From a virus, in the IMG/VR virus record IMGVR_UViG_3300044691_000274, positions 1 to 64,000 of that record: 64,000 nt of DNA; one strand, 5' to 3'. A program made the translations under genes and the position numbers. The notes below the pieces were generated by a model. The model saw only the letters and a list, made by a program, of their open reading frames with translations, had not been told where the DNA came from and did no database searches. Positions 1 to 8,985 of this stretch are shown one piece after another; position 1 is the stretch's first letter; each line of letters starts with the position of its first letter.

Positions 1-8
1 ACGCGGTC

Positions 9-641
9 GTGGCGGATATGAAGGAGCTGAAGCTGCTGAAGCCGCCGTTTCGGAGCTTCGACATCAAGGTGTCGGCACGCGGCATGAAGACCTTGGCCGT
101 GGATATGGGGTTCAGCGACAACGGGGCGCCAGTCATGCACCGGGGCATGACCGTCCAAGCCGAGTTTGATACAGATTACAATGAATTCGGGTTCGACCTC
201 GTGCCGGACGGAATGCGGCCGGGCTACTCAGCCATGTCGTTCGTTAAGACTCGAAAGCCAGAAGAGCAGGCGGGTTTCAAGCAGACCTTCTCTGCGATCT
301 GCCGCGACATCATCAAGGTGTTGATCGTGGTGCTCTCCATTCGCAACGTCGAGAAGACGGTCAAAGCCAACAAGCTCGCCAAGCTCGGGATCGGCAAGAA
401 CCCTTACGCGCACACGACCACGCTCTCCATCGGCAAGATCACAGAGCGCGTCACGGGCCGCCTATCCCCGGCAACCGGCGGGGAGGTTCGCCCGCACCTG
501 CGCCGAGGTCACAAGCGCATGCAGCACCATGGACCTGGCAACTCGCTCGTGAAGGAAATTCGCATCGAGCCGACCATAGTCCACGCCGATCGCGGCTGGA
601 TCAGCGAGCGCACCGCGTACAAGGTTCGCAAGGCGGCCTAA
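9..641 (+). CDS. Phage hypothetical protein, probably 5'-truncated by the window edge
   Basis: Frame is open to the window edge; C-terminal RPHLRRGHxR motif common in phage hypothetical proteins; GC3-biased codons. Confidence 0.6.
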   Translation: MADMKELKLLKPPFRSFDIKVSARGMKTLAVDMGFSDNGAPVMHRGMTVQAEFDTDYNEFGFDLVPDGMRPGYSAMSFVKTRKPEEQAGFKQTFSAICRDIIKVLIVVLSIRNVEKTVKANKLAKLGIGKNPYAHTTTLSIGKITERVTGRLSPATGGEVRPHLRRGHKRMQHHGPGNSLVKEIRIEPTIVHADRGWISERTAYKVRKAA

Positions 642-772
642 ATGCAGTTGACTGCACCTGTGGCCTAGTGGTATCAGTAGGTCTGCACTAGGTTTTGGCA
701 CTTCTTTAAGGTGTCAGGTGGTCAAGGAGGACTGCCTAAAACCGGATCGCATCAATTTCCGGGGGCTAAACG

Positions 773-1228
773 GTGTCCGACGAACAAGAACCACCCGCAC
801 CAGTCGGCCGTGAGAAAGGCTACGCCAACCTGCGTCCGAAGCCATGGAAGAAGGGCCAGTCCGGCAACCCAAGCGGTCGGCCGAAGAACTTGGCGCGCAT
901 CGGCGACCTCTTCACAAAAGAGATGTTCAAGAGCGTCCCCGTCAAGATGGAGGGGATGATCGTGAATAAGCTGCAGGCCGAAATCCTGGTGTCCCAGATG
1001 GTGAAGCAGGCCATCTCCAAGGGCGGCCAGGCGACTAGGCTCGCGCTTCAATTCATGGAGCAGCATGAGGCCCGCGAAGAGCGCCGAGAAGAGCGCAAAG
1101 CCAAACAGATCGCCGAGGGCTTGGTCGAGTTCGACTGGGATGCGGAGAAACATGAGCTAGCCGAGCGGCTGATTAGGAAGGCCGAGCTGTTGCGATTACC
1201 TGCACCGACACCGAAGGACGAAACCTAA
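773..1228 (+). CDS. DUF5681-type protein (possible small terminase or DNA-binding protein)
   Basis: PWKKGQSGNPSGRPK signature; coupled (TAATG) to the downstream methyltransferase. Confidence 0.7.
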   Translation: MSDEQEPPAPVGREKGYANLRPKPWKKGQSGNPSGRPKNLARIGDLFTKEMFKSVPVKMEGMIVNKLQAEILVSQMVKQAISKGGQATRLALQFMEQHEAREERREERKAKQIAEGLVEFDWDAEKHELAERLIRKAELLRLPAPTPKDET

Positions 1229-2784
1229 TGGCCGCCAAGAAGAACTACCACAAGCCCCCGGAAGACCCGCGCACGATTGGCGGAGGTCTCAAGGCTGCCG
1301 GCCGCGAGCGCCGCGAGAAGCTGTCCATGATCATCAACACGACGCCGCGAAACATCCGCAACGATCTGATGCCGTCGATGGAATTGCAGACACTTGCAAT
1401 CAAAGACCTCGTCATGCCCAAGAACATGGTGCGCAAGATGGACGAAGGGCACATCAAGGAGATCGCCAACGGCATCCAGGCGATGGGCTTCTCTGTCCCA
1501 GTGCTGGTCGGCAAGGGCAACGTCATCCTCAACGGCGCCTCATCCGTCAAGGCGGCCGAGAGCCTGGGGATGACCGACGTCCCGTGCGTGCTGCTAAGCC
1601 ACCTCTCCGACGACGAGCAGCGCGTGCTTCGCATCTCCATCAACCGCATGAGCCAGAAGGGAACCTGGGACCTCGACGAACTGAAGAAAGAGTTCGAGGA
1701 GCTGATCAACAACGACGCGCCGCTCGCAAACTCGGGCTTCCAGCCGGATGAGATCGACCAGATCATCATGGGCGACGACCTCGACGTGATCGAAGAGGGA
1801 GACCTCACCCCGCACACCGTCGCGACCGCGCGCGCCGGAGACATCTGGGAGCTTGGCCCGCACAGGCTCATCTGCGCCTCGTCGACCGATCCGGAGACCT
1901 TCAAGGCAATCACCGCTGGCGACCCGCCGGCCCGCTTCGTCCTGACCGACGAGCCATACAACGTCAAGATCGACGGCAACGTGTCGAACAGCGGCCATCG
2001 CGAGTTCCTCATGGCGTCCGGCGAGATGACCGACCAGGAATTCCTCAACTTCAACGAGCAATGGATGGCGGCTGTGCTGCCCTGCCTCTGCGACGGCGGC
2101 ATCCTGGGGACGTTCATCGATTGGCGTGGCCTCGTCACCGTGCAAGTGTCTGCAAACAAGCTCGGCCTGCACCCGCTCAACCTGATCGTGTGGGCAAAGA
2201 CCAACGCTGGCATGGGCGGGCTATATCGCTCCCAGCATGAGCTGCTGCCGCTGTTCAAGGTCGGCAACGCCAAGAACGTCAACAACATCGAGCTTGGCAA
2301 GCGCGGACGCTGGCGCTCCAACATCTGGACCTATCCCGGCGCCTCGTCGTTTGGCTCGGACGCCCAGAAGGGCCTCAAGGATCACCCGACGGTCAAGCCG
2401 ACGCTCATGCTCAAGGACGCCCTGCTCGACCTCACCAACCGGGGTGACATCGTCATCGACCCGTTCCTGGGCTCAGGCTCCACCCTCATGGCTGCTGAGG
2501 CCACAGGGCGCGTTTGCAGGGGCGTGGAGCTGGACCCGATCTTCGTGGACGTCATCATCCGCCGATACGAGCTTGTCAGCAAAGGCGTGCTGGCCCGCCT
2601 CATCTCGACCGGTGAGAGCTTCGCCGAAGTCGTGGCGCGCCGCGCGCTGGAGGCAAGCGAGCAGGTCAAGGCCGCCGCGATCGCAATCTCGACTGAAGAG
2701 ATCGTCCTATCCAAGGACGGAACACCAGAGCCCAGCATCGACGTGGGGCCGTTTGAGGAGAAGACCGATGGTCAAGAAGACTAA
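1228..2784 (+). CDS. ParB-N domain fused to N6-adenine/N4-cytosine DNA methyltransferase (beta class)
   Basis: ParB-like N-terminus (IANGIQAMGFSVPVLV..VILNG); WELGPHRLIC; motif IV read as TDEPY; HPTVKP; motif I DPFLGSGST. Confidence 0.9.
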   Translation: MAAKKNYHKPPEDPRTIGGGLKAAGRERREKLSMIINTTPRNIRNDLMPSMELQTLAIKDLVMPKNMVRKMDEGHIKEIANGIQAMGFSVPVLVGKGNVILNGASSVKAAESLGMTDVPCVLLSHLSDDEQRVLRISINRMSQKGTWDLDELKKEFEELINNDAPLANSGFQPDEIDQIIMGDDLDVIEEGDLTPHTVATARAGDIWELGPHRLICASSTDPETFKAITAGDPPARFVLTDEPYNVKIDGNVSNSGHREFLMASGEMTDQEFLNFNEQWMAAVLPCLCDGGILGTFIDWRGLVTVQVSANKLGLHPLNLIVWAKTNAGMGGLYRSQHELLPLFKVGNAKNVNNIELGKRGRWRSNIWTYPGASSFGSDAQKGLKDHPTVKPTLMLKDALLDLTNRGDIVIDPFLGSGSTLMAAEATGRVCRGVELDPIFVDVIIRRYELVSKGVLARLISTGESFAEVVARRALEASEQVKAAAIAISTEEIVLSKDGTPEPSIDVGPFEEKTDGQED

Positions 2785-3103
2785 GGCAGCAACTGATCCG
2801 CTTGAGAAAAAGCAGGTTGTGCGCACTCGTGCAGTGGTGCGTCAGCGAGGCGAAAAAGTGTGGCTAGCGAAGGAAAAAGTGCTGGCCACAGAGGCGCTTG
2901 GGTTTCGCCACACTGACGCCGAAGTAACCCAAGCGGTTCGCCGGGCATATCTCCGGGGCTATGGCGACGGCGTTGAGGGCAAGCCTGCTGACTTCGTGAC
3001 GACAGGCATTCCCCCGATCGACACTGGCGAGCTTCGGCGCACCAAGGCCGATCGCCTCAAGAGCAACCCGCAGCTCATCCGCGAAGCAATGGTCACCCTC
3101 TAA
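2768..3103 (+). CDS. Hypothetical protein
   Basis: ATG at 2768 with GAGGAG upstream; AYxRGYxDG motif. Confidence 0.55.
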   Translation: MVKKTKAATDPLEKKQVVRTRAVVRQRGEKVWLAKEKVLATEALGFRHTDAEVTQAVRRAYLRGYGDGVEGKPADFVTTGIPPIDTGELRRTKADRLKSNPQLIREAMVTL

Positions 3104-3205
3104 CATGCTGCCCGGCCTGCGCCCCATGTTCCGATCCCCGGAGGAGCGCAGGTGCTGGGAGCAATCCGTCCTCGACTATCGAGCCAAACGCAAGGAAGCC
3201 AAGCT

Positions 3206-3724
3206 ATGCCAAAACGAAGTGACGTCTACGCAGCCATCGACGGAGAGCGCTTCTATCAAGAGCGCAAGTGGGGAGCAGAGCAAGATTTGCTACCCGACCG
3301 TACGCTGAGCATCGGCGAGGAAATCCTGCTCGCGGGAGAGTACCTCGACAAGGCGCGCCACGAATGGTCGATCGCCAAGCGGCCGGAGACCAAGGCGCTG
3401 GACATGATCCGCAAGGCAGCCGCCATCCTCGTTCATGCGATGGAAGACCACGGCATCGTCGAGCGTGACAACTATGGCTTCCCGGTTGAGCTGACGCTGG
3501 ACAACGCGGCCCAAGTGTTCCTCGACGACTGCCACTCACTGGCCCGTCGAATAAGCGACCGCAACGACCACATCGCAGAGTTAGACACCAAAATGGGCAT
3601 GAAGAACAGCCACATCGAGAATTTGGAAGCAACTATCCGCTCGATGCAAACAACTGCACTGGACATGGCGGGCAAACTAGCGTCTTATCACAAGGCGTTC
3701 GGCGAGATCACCACTCACGCCTGA
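3206..3724 (+). CDS. MazG-like (all-alpha NTP pyrophosphatase-like) protein with coiled-coil tail
   Basis: AIDGERFYQERKWG...GEEILLAGEYL...IRKAAAILVHAME pattern resembles phage MazG-like helical hairpins; AAGGA upstream. Confidence 0.4.
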   Translation: MPKRSDVYAAIDGERFYQERKWGAEQDLLPDRTLSIGEEILLAGEYLDKARHEWSIAKRPETKALDMIRKAAAILVHAMEDHGIVERDNYGFPVELTLDNAAQVFLDDCHSLARRISDRNDHIAELDTKMGMKNSHIENLEATIRSMQTTALDMAGKLASYHKAFGEITTHA

Positions 3725-3733
3725 CCGAATACT

Positions 3734-3809
3734 TGCCGAGTAGCTCAGTTGGTAGAGCGCCTGACTGTTAATCAGGATGTCGCTGGTTCGAGCCCAGCCT
3801 TGGCAGCCA
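3734..3809 (+). tRNA. trnN: tRNA-Asn(GTT)
   Basis: 76-nt cloverleaf: acceptor TGCCGAG/CTTGGCA, D-arm GCTC-AGTTGGTA-GAGC, anticodon arm CCTGA-CTGTTAA-TCAGG, T-loop GGTTCGAGCC, encoded CCA. Confidence 0.97.
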
Positions 3810-3849
3810 CTTTTGGCCGATCTGTTGGCCGATCTTTACGAGGAAGCAA

Positions 3850-4317
3850 ATGACTGTTTTGTCTGCCCAGGCAATACGACAGCGCGGCATCTTCACCCCG
3901 TTCTGCGAACGCTCCAAGGTTTTTGGGATGAGCTATGGACTCAGCCCGTGCGGCTATGACATCCGCATCGAGCAGGGCTTCAAGCTGTTCCCCGGCGAGT
4001 TCAAGCTTGGCTCGACCGTCGAGCACTTCATCATGCCGGCCGACCTGGTGGGGATCGTCCACGACAAGTCGACCTGGGCGCGCCTTGGCATCGCGGTGCA
4101 GAACACCGTCATCGAGCCAGGCTGGCGCGGTCAATTGGTCGTTGAGTTGACCAACCACAGCGACCTCGTTCGCGAGATCATGGCCGGCTCGCCGATCGCC
4201 CAGGTGGTGCTCCACAAGCTCGACGAAGAGACCGAGCAGCCCTATCGAGGAAAGTATCAAGACCAGCTGGGCGTGCAGGCTCCGATCTTCGAGCAAAGCG
4301 AACTTTCCATCGTCTGA
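3850..4317 (+). CDS. dcd: dCTP deaminase (trimeric dUTPase superfamily)
   Basis: GYDIR, HDKSTWARLG, VIEPGWRGQLVVEL, IAQV, YRGKYQ motifs. Confidence 0.9.
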   Translation: MTVLSAQAIRQRGIFTPFCERSKVFGMSYGLSPCGYDIRIEQGFKLFPGEFKLGSTVEHFIMPADLVGIVHDKSTWARLGIAVQNTVIEPGWRGQLVVELTNHSDLVREIMAGSPIAQVVLHKLDEETEQPYRGKYQDQLGVQAPIFEQSELSIV

Positions 4318-4336
4318 CGTGTGCAGGTAATTGCAA

Positions 4337-5020
4337 ATGTTGCGAGCCCTCGATCTGTTCTGCGGCGCCGGAGGAGCCACCAAGGGCCTGCAGCTTGCTG
4401 GCTTCCACGTGACCGGCGTCGACTTCGAGCCGCAACCCCACTATTGCGGCGACCAGTTCATCCAGAAGAGCGTGTTCGACCTAGAGCCGTGGGTCTTCAA
4501 CCTGTTCGACCTGCTCTGGGCCTCGCCCAAGTGCCAAGCCAGCACCATCCTCAAGCACATGCACAACGCCAAGAAGCACGAGGACCAAATCCCCGCGACG
4601 CGCGCGCTGCTGCAGAAGACGGGCAAGCCTTACATCATCGAGAACGTGATGGGCGCCTCGCTGCTCAAGCCGTTCGTCCTGGACGGCACCATGTTCGGGC
4701 TGGAGACATCGTGCGGCGCGCAGCTGCTCCGGCCACGACAATTCGAGACCAGCTTCGAGTTCGGCCCGACGCCGCTCAGCAACAAGATCAAGGGCCGCAA
4801 GGTGATTGGCGTCTACGGCGGCCACCTGCGCTGTCGCATCCGTCGTGATGGATCGCACGCGCGCGGCATCCAGGACTTCCCGATCGCTGAGGGCTATCGC
4901 GCCATGGGCATCGACTGGATGACCCTTGGTGAATTGAGCCAAGCAATTCCCCCGGCCTATTCCAAGTTCATCGCCAACCGTTGGAGGCAGCACGTGCAAA
5001 CGTCTGCAATCGCGGCATGA
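4337..5020 (+). CDS. Short C5-cytosine DNA methyltransferase
   Basis: Motif I LDLFCGAGG, motif IV ASPKCQ, motif VI IENV, C-terminal AMGIDWMT..ELSQAIPP. Confidence 0.85.
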   Translation: MLRALDLFCGAGGATKGLQLAGFHVTGVDFEPQPHYCGDQFIQKSVFDLEPWVFNLFDLLWASPKCQASTILKHMHNAKKHEDQIPATRALLQKTGKPYIIENVMGASLLKPFVLDGTMFGLETSCGAQLLRPRQFETSFEFGPTPLSNKIKGRKVIGVYGGHLRCRIRRDGSHARGIQDFPIAEGYRAMGIDWMTLGELSQAIPPAYSKFIANRWRQHVQTSAIAA

Positions 5021-6945
5021 GCGCGCTCGCCTTCACGCCGTACATCGAAGTCTTGGACGAGTTCCGCGCGTTCGGTAAAGCCGGCGATTACGTGTGGGCC
5101 AACTCCAAGGAAATTCAGGACGAAGACGAGCGTCTCGAATACCTGAAGGATGCAATCGTTTGGCTGACCCTCAAGCTGGCCGAGAAAGGCAAATGGCGCG
5201 AGACGCCGGTCGACTTCCGCACCTTCGTCGAGCACGCCTCGCTGCTGAACAAGCGGAACATCCTCTATCCAGAGGTGATGCGCTGCGGCATCGAGATGAA
5301 CTCCGGCCGCTATGTAGAGGCGGTGCTGACGGGAGGCATCGGCGTGGGCAAGACCCATCTGTCGATCTATTCGATGGCGTATCAAGTCTACCTGCTAAGC
5401 TGCATGGCCAACCCGCACAAGATGTATGGCCTCGACCCGGCCTCGTTTATTGTGATGATCTTCCAGTCGATCAACAAGAACCTGGCGATGGACGTCGATT
5501 ACCGCGCGTTCCGCGAAGTGGTTGAACACAGTCCTTACTTCGAGAACCACTATCGCTTCGACCACCAGAAGCTCTCGGAGATGGCCTTCCCGAACAGCTT
5601 GCTGATCAAGCCGGTCTCAGGCGCCATCACGGCCTCCATTGGACAGAACGTCATCGGGGGCATCCTCGACGAGGTGAACTTCATGGCGGTGATTGAGGAG
5701 TCGAAGCTGTCGCGCGACGGCTCGGTCTTCGATCAGGCGGCGGCGAATTACAACTCGATCGCTCGACGTCGTGAGTCGCGCTTCATGAAGATGGGCGTGT
5801 TGCCGGGCCTGCTGTGCCTCGTGTCGTCCAAGAACTATCCAGGCGGGCTCACGGACCGCAAGGTGGAAGAGGCGCGCACGAACAAGCTGATCTACGTCTA
5901 CGAGAAGCGCGTCTGGGACATCAAGCCTTACGACTTCAAGCCCGAGCGCTTCCGCGTGTTCGCGGGCGACCCGACCCGCCATCCCCGAATTCTAACCGAC
6001 GAGGACGTTGTCCCGGAGGCCGACGAGCGTCTCGTGATCGAGGTGCCTTACGAATATCGCTTCCGCTTCGAGAACAACCTGATCGACTCGATCCGCGACA
6101 TCGCGGGCTTCTCGACGCAAGCCTTGCACCCGTTCATCCTCAACACCGAAGCGGTCAACCGATGCTTCGGCAGCGTGAAGTCGATCCTGTCGCGCGACGA
6201 CGCCGACTTCAAGGTGACGTTCCTGAAAGGCTATCCCGATTTCATCCAGAACAGGGAAGAGCCGCGCTTCGCCCACGTCGACTTGTCCCAAACGAGGGAC
6301 AGCACGGGGGTCGCGATGGGCCACGTGCCAGGCTTCAAGATGTGCAGTCGCGGGGTCGATGGGTGGGAGAAGCTGCCGATCATCCAGTTCGACTTCCTGC
6401 TGGAGGTCAAGCCACCGGCCGGCGGGGAAATCCTGTTAGAGAACGTGCGCTCGGTCATTTACAAGTGCCGCGAAAATCTGCACCTGGACGTCCGCTGGGT
6501 CAGCTTCGACGCTTTCCAATCGAGCGACTCCAAACAGCTGATGGCGCTCAAAGGCTTCTCGACCGGCCACCAGTCCGTTGACAAGACGACGATGCCTTAC
6601 GACCTGCTCAAGCAAGCGCTCTACGACGGTCGCGTCATCGCGCCCAAGCATGAGAAGGCGCTGAGGGAACTCTGCACCCTGGAATTCGACGCCAAGCACC
6701 AGAAGGTCGATCATCCCCCGCAAGGCTCGAAGGACATAAGCGATGCGATGGCGGGCGTCGTCTACGGGCTCACGATGCGGAGCGCGACGTGGATCAATCA
6801 CGGCGTCGAGACGCGGGAAGCACCATCCATCATGGCGGCGGTCGGCGCCGATCAGGTCAAGCAGCAGGCGAACACGACCTACGTCAACACGATGCGCGGC
6901 CAGCGCGGCGTCGGCCCATTGGAGACAGATGATGGCGACTTTTAG
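5017..6945 (+). CDS. terL: Terminase large subunit
   Basis: Walker A LTGGIGVGKT, Walker B ILDEV, nuclease motifs HVDLSQTRDSTG and KVDHP..GSKDISDA; ATGA overlap with the upstream gene. Confidence 0.9.
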   Translation: MSALAFTPYIEVLDEFRAFGKAGDYVWANSKEIQDEDERLEYLKDAIVWLTLKLAEKGKWRETPVDFRTFVEHASLLNKRNILYPEVMRCGIEMNSGRYVEAVLTGGIGVGKTHLSIYSMAYQVYLLSCMANPHKMYGLDPASFIVMIFQSINKNLAMDVDYRAFREVVEHSPYFENHYRFDHQKLSEMAFPNSLLIKPVSGAITASIGQNVIGGILDEVNFMAVIEESKLSRDGSVFDQAAANYNSIARRRESRFMKMGVLPGLLCLVSSKNYPGGLTDRKVEEARTNKLIYVYEKRVWDIKPYDFKPERFRVFAGDPTRHPRILTDEDVVPEADERLVIEVPYEYRFRFENNLIDSIRDIAGFSTQALHPFILNTEAVNRCFGSVKSILSRDDADFKVTFLKGYPDFIQNREEPRFAHVDLSQTRDSTGVAMGHVPGFKMCSRGVDGWEKLPIIQFDFLLEVKPPAGGEILLENVRSVIYKCRENLHLDVRWVSFDAFQSSDSKQLMALKGFSTGHQSVDKTTMPYDLLKQALYDGRVIAPKHEKALRELCTLEFDAKHQKVDHPPQGSKDISDAMAGVVYGLTMRSATWINHGVETREAPSIMAAVGADQVKQQANTTYVNTMRGQRGVGPLETDDGDF

Positions 6946-7120
6946 CTTTCCTGGTCGGGCCAACGCTAGGCTGTTCACCTGGGACCTAGACACGATGGCG
7001 GTCTATTACGACTGGCCCGACGACGTGACCGTGCATGTGACCCCCGACGACCGGCTGGACGAGGTTCGCATCAAGGCCAAGCAGCTAGGCGGCAGGGAGA
7101 TCGAAGATGCCCGCGTTTAG
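6929..7120 (+). CDS. Hypothetical protein
   Basis: GGAG upstream; overlaps terL stop. Confidence 0.5.
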   Translation: MMATFSFPGRANARLFTWDLDTMAVYYDWPDDVTVHVTPDDRLDEVRIKAKQLGGREIEDARV

Positions 7121-7487
7121 GTTCGGCTCCGACACCAACGAGCAGCTGTTCGCCGACGCGCTCAAGGATCGCAACGAGCCGTTCGACGTGCTCGACGGCG
7201 GCATCCTCACCTTCCGCGACGATCCTGAGCTGGAGGCGCTCGCCCGCGACCTTGGCTGGGACGTGCCCGACCCGCGCTCCACGACGGGCGTCAACGCCTG
7301 GACGGACATCAGCGCGCAAAGCGTCCGCGCCAATCCTCCGGCCTACGCACGAGGCGGACAGCCCCTTGTGGAGCGGAGAATTCAGACCACGTTCGTCGGG
7401 GGCGATCCAGAGCCTGTGATGGACAACACCACTCGCCTGCTCGGCATCCTGCCAGCGCGACGTTCAACCCGAGGACAACCGCTATGA
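7107..7487 (+). CDS. Hypothetical protein
   Basis: GGGAG upstream; tiled with neighbours. Confidence 0.55.
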   Translation: MPAFRFGSDTNEQLFADALKDRNEPFDVLDGGILTFRDDPELEALARDLGWDVPDPRSTTGVNAWTDISAQSVRANPPAYARGGQPLVERRIQTTFVGGDPEPVMDNTTRLLGILPARRSTRGQPL

Positions 7488-8017
7488 CCAGCAACACCGC
7501 GCGCGCCAACCTGCGCAACAAGGACGCCGAGATCATCTCGACCGCAGTTCCGGCCCATATGATGCTGCTCATGGTCGAGCAGTGCCAGAAGGTCGGAGTC
7601 GACGTCCGGCTCGACGTGATGAAGCATTTGGTCAACGCTGTGGTCGCGCCGCTCGCGCGCTGCGACTCCGCGACCGTCTCCCGCCTCACCCGTCGGATCG
7701 ATGACACGGCGACGACGCTGCTCCACGACCTGAGCCCAGACGACCCACGGCACGGCCTTTATTGCTGCGCCATGTTCTGCATGAAGCTGGTCGACGAGAA
7801 GCGCTTCCCCGACGCGCGCAACCAGGCGGTCTTGGTCTCGATGCTGCTGATGGACGACATCAAGGACGATCGGCCGGACGTGAATGGCGAGCTGCCGGTC
7901 TGGCGCCTGCAGGAGGCAAGCTGGATCGCCGAGGCCAATCGCTTGATCGGACGAGCCAATCTTTTGGGGCTTTACTTGAAGGACGATCTGGTGCCCCAGG
8001 TGCAAGATGCCTTATAA
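7484..8017 (+). CDS. Hypothetical protein
   Basis: GAGGA upstream; ATGA overlap; typical codon usage. Confidence 0.6.
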   Translation: MTSNTARANLRNKDAEIISTAVPAHMMLLMVEQCQKVGVDVRLDVMKHLVNAVVAPLARCDSATVSRLTRRIDDTATTLLHDLSPDDPRHGLYCCAMFCMKLVDEKRFPDARNQAVLVSMLLMDDIKDDRPDVNGELPVWRLQEASWIAEANRLIGRANLLGLYLKDDLVPQVQDAL

Positions 8018-8465
8018 GAATAAAGAGGATAAGGCTGCCAATAACCGCGCCTGGACTAAGAACAACCGAGAGAAGAGGCGCGCGCATACTAGCGCGTGGG
8101 CGAAGCGTAACCCTGACAAAACCAGTGGCTACGCCAGGGCCTATGGCAGAAAGACTTACGTCAAGACACAGAGGGCTGCTGCCGTGCCAAAGGATGCTAG
8201 CTATTATCGGTTAAAGCGTTACGGTTTGTCCAAGGAGGCGTACTCAGCTTTGTTGGACAAGCAGGATGGCAAGTGCGCGATCTGCCGCGAGGAAATTGCA
8301 CTCCACGTTGATCACGATCATGCGACCGGAGACGTTCGCGGCCTGTTGTGTCGAGCCTGCAATAACGGCATCGGCAATTTCGCCGACGACCCGGCACGTC
8401 TGCAGGCTGCTATTGACTATCTCGCACCTCTAGTGCAATCAACTGCCCTGACGGCAGGAGCCTGA
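8007..8465 (+). CDS. Endonuclease VII-like (His-Me finger) homing endonuclease
   Basis: KRYGL..Q.GKCAIC..LHVDHDH.TG.VRGLLC..CN.GIG; lower GC than flanks. Confidence 0.88.
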   Translation: MPYKNKEDKAANNRAWTKNNREKRRAHTSAWAKRNPDKTSGYARAYGRKTYVKTQRAAAVPKDASYYRLKRYGLSKEAYSALLDKQDGKCAICREEIALHVDHDHATGDVRGLLCRACNNGIGNFADDPARLQAAIDYLAPLVQSTALTAGA

Positions 8466-8466
8466 T

Positions 8467-8811
8467 ATGTTCAAGGAAATTTTCAAGGGCATAGAAGAGT
8501 TCGAGGAATTCATGTCCGTGCTCCTGGACATGACCCGTTTTCTCAAGGAGCAAAGGAAAATCATGACACAAGCGACTGACGACCTCGGCCTGGCCCTCAC
8601 CGGCCTGGCGACTGCAGCGAACGCCGCGACAACGGCGATCTCCACCGAAGCCGCCACCATCGTCACGCAGCTTGCTGCGCTCGGTGTTAGCGACCCAGTG
8701 ATCGAAGCGGCTGCGGTCAACATCAACGCCATCAGCGCGCAGCTGACTTTGGCTGCGGCTGCGGTGATCCCGCCCGTGGCTCCGGCTCCCGCGCCGGCTC
8801 CCGCGAGCTGA
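8467..8811 (+). CDS. Ala-rich hypothetical protein with PAPA tail
   Basis: AGGAG upstream; followed by terminator. Confidence 0.6.
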   Translation: MFKEIFKGIEEFEEFMSVLLDMTRFLKEQRKIMTQATDDLGLALTGLATAANAATTAISTEAATIVTQLAALGVSDPVIEAAAVNINAISAQLTLAAAAVIPPVAPAPAPAPAS

Positions 8812-8821
8812 ACGAACCTTT

Positions 8822-8852
8822 GCGGCCTCGGGCTTCGGTCCGGGGTCGTTTT
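8822..8852 (+). terminator. Intrinsic terminator
   Basis: 12-bp stem (with G-U pairs), C(UUCG)G loop, short T run. Confidence 0.7.
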
Positions 8853-8985
8853 CGTGCAATCATTTGCACCACTGATTAACTCCGACGGCCTCTGCCGCTT
8901 GCAAGTGATTGCAAAAAGAGCGATGGGTGGGGACGGAAGCTAAGGTAAGGGCCAACACGAGGTTGCCCTTCACGGAGTCGCTTTT

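Noticed and set aside
3734-3809. tRNA-Asn as a prophage attachment site
   Set aside because: No integrase, no duplicated tRNA 3' end noticed, and phage genes on both sides
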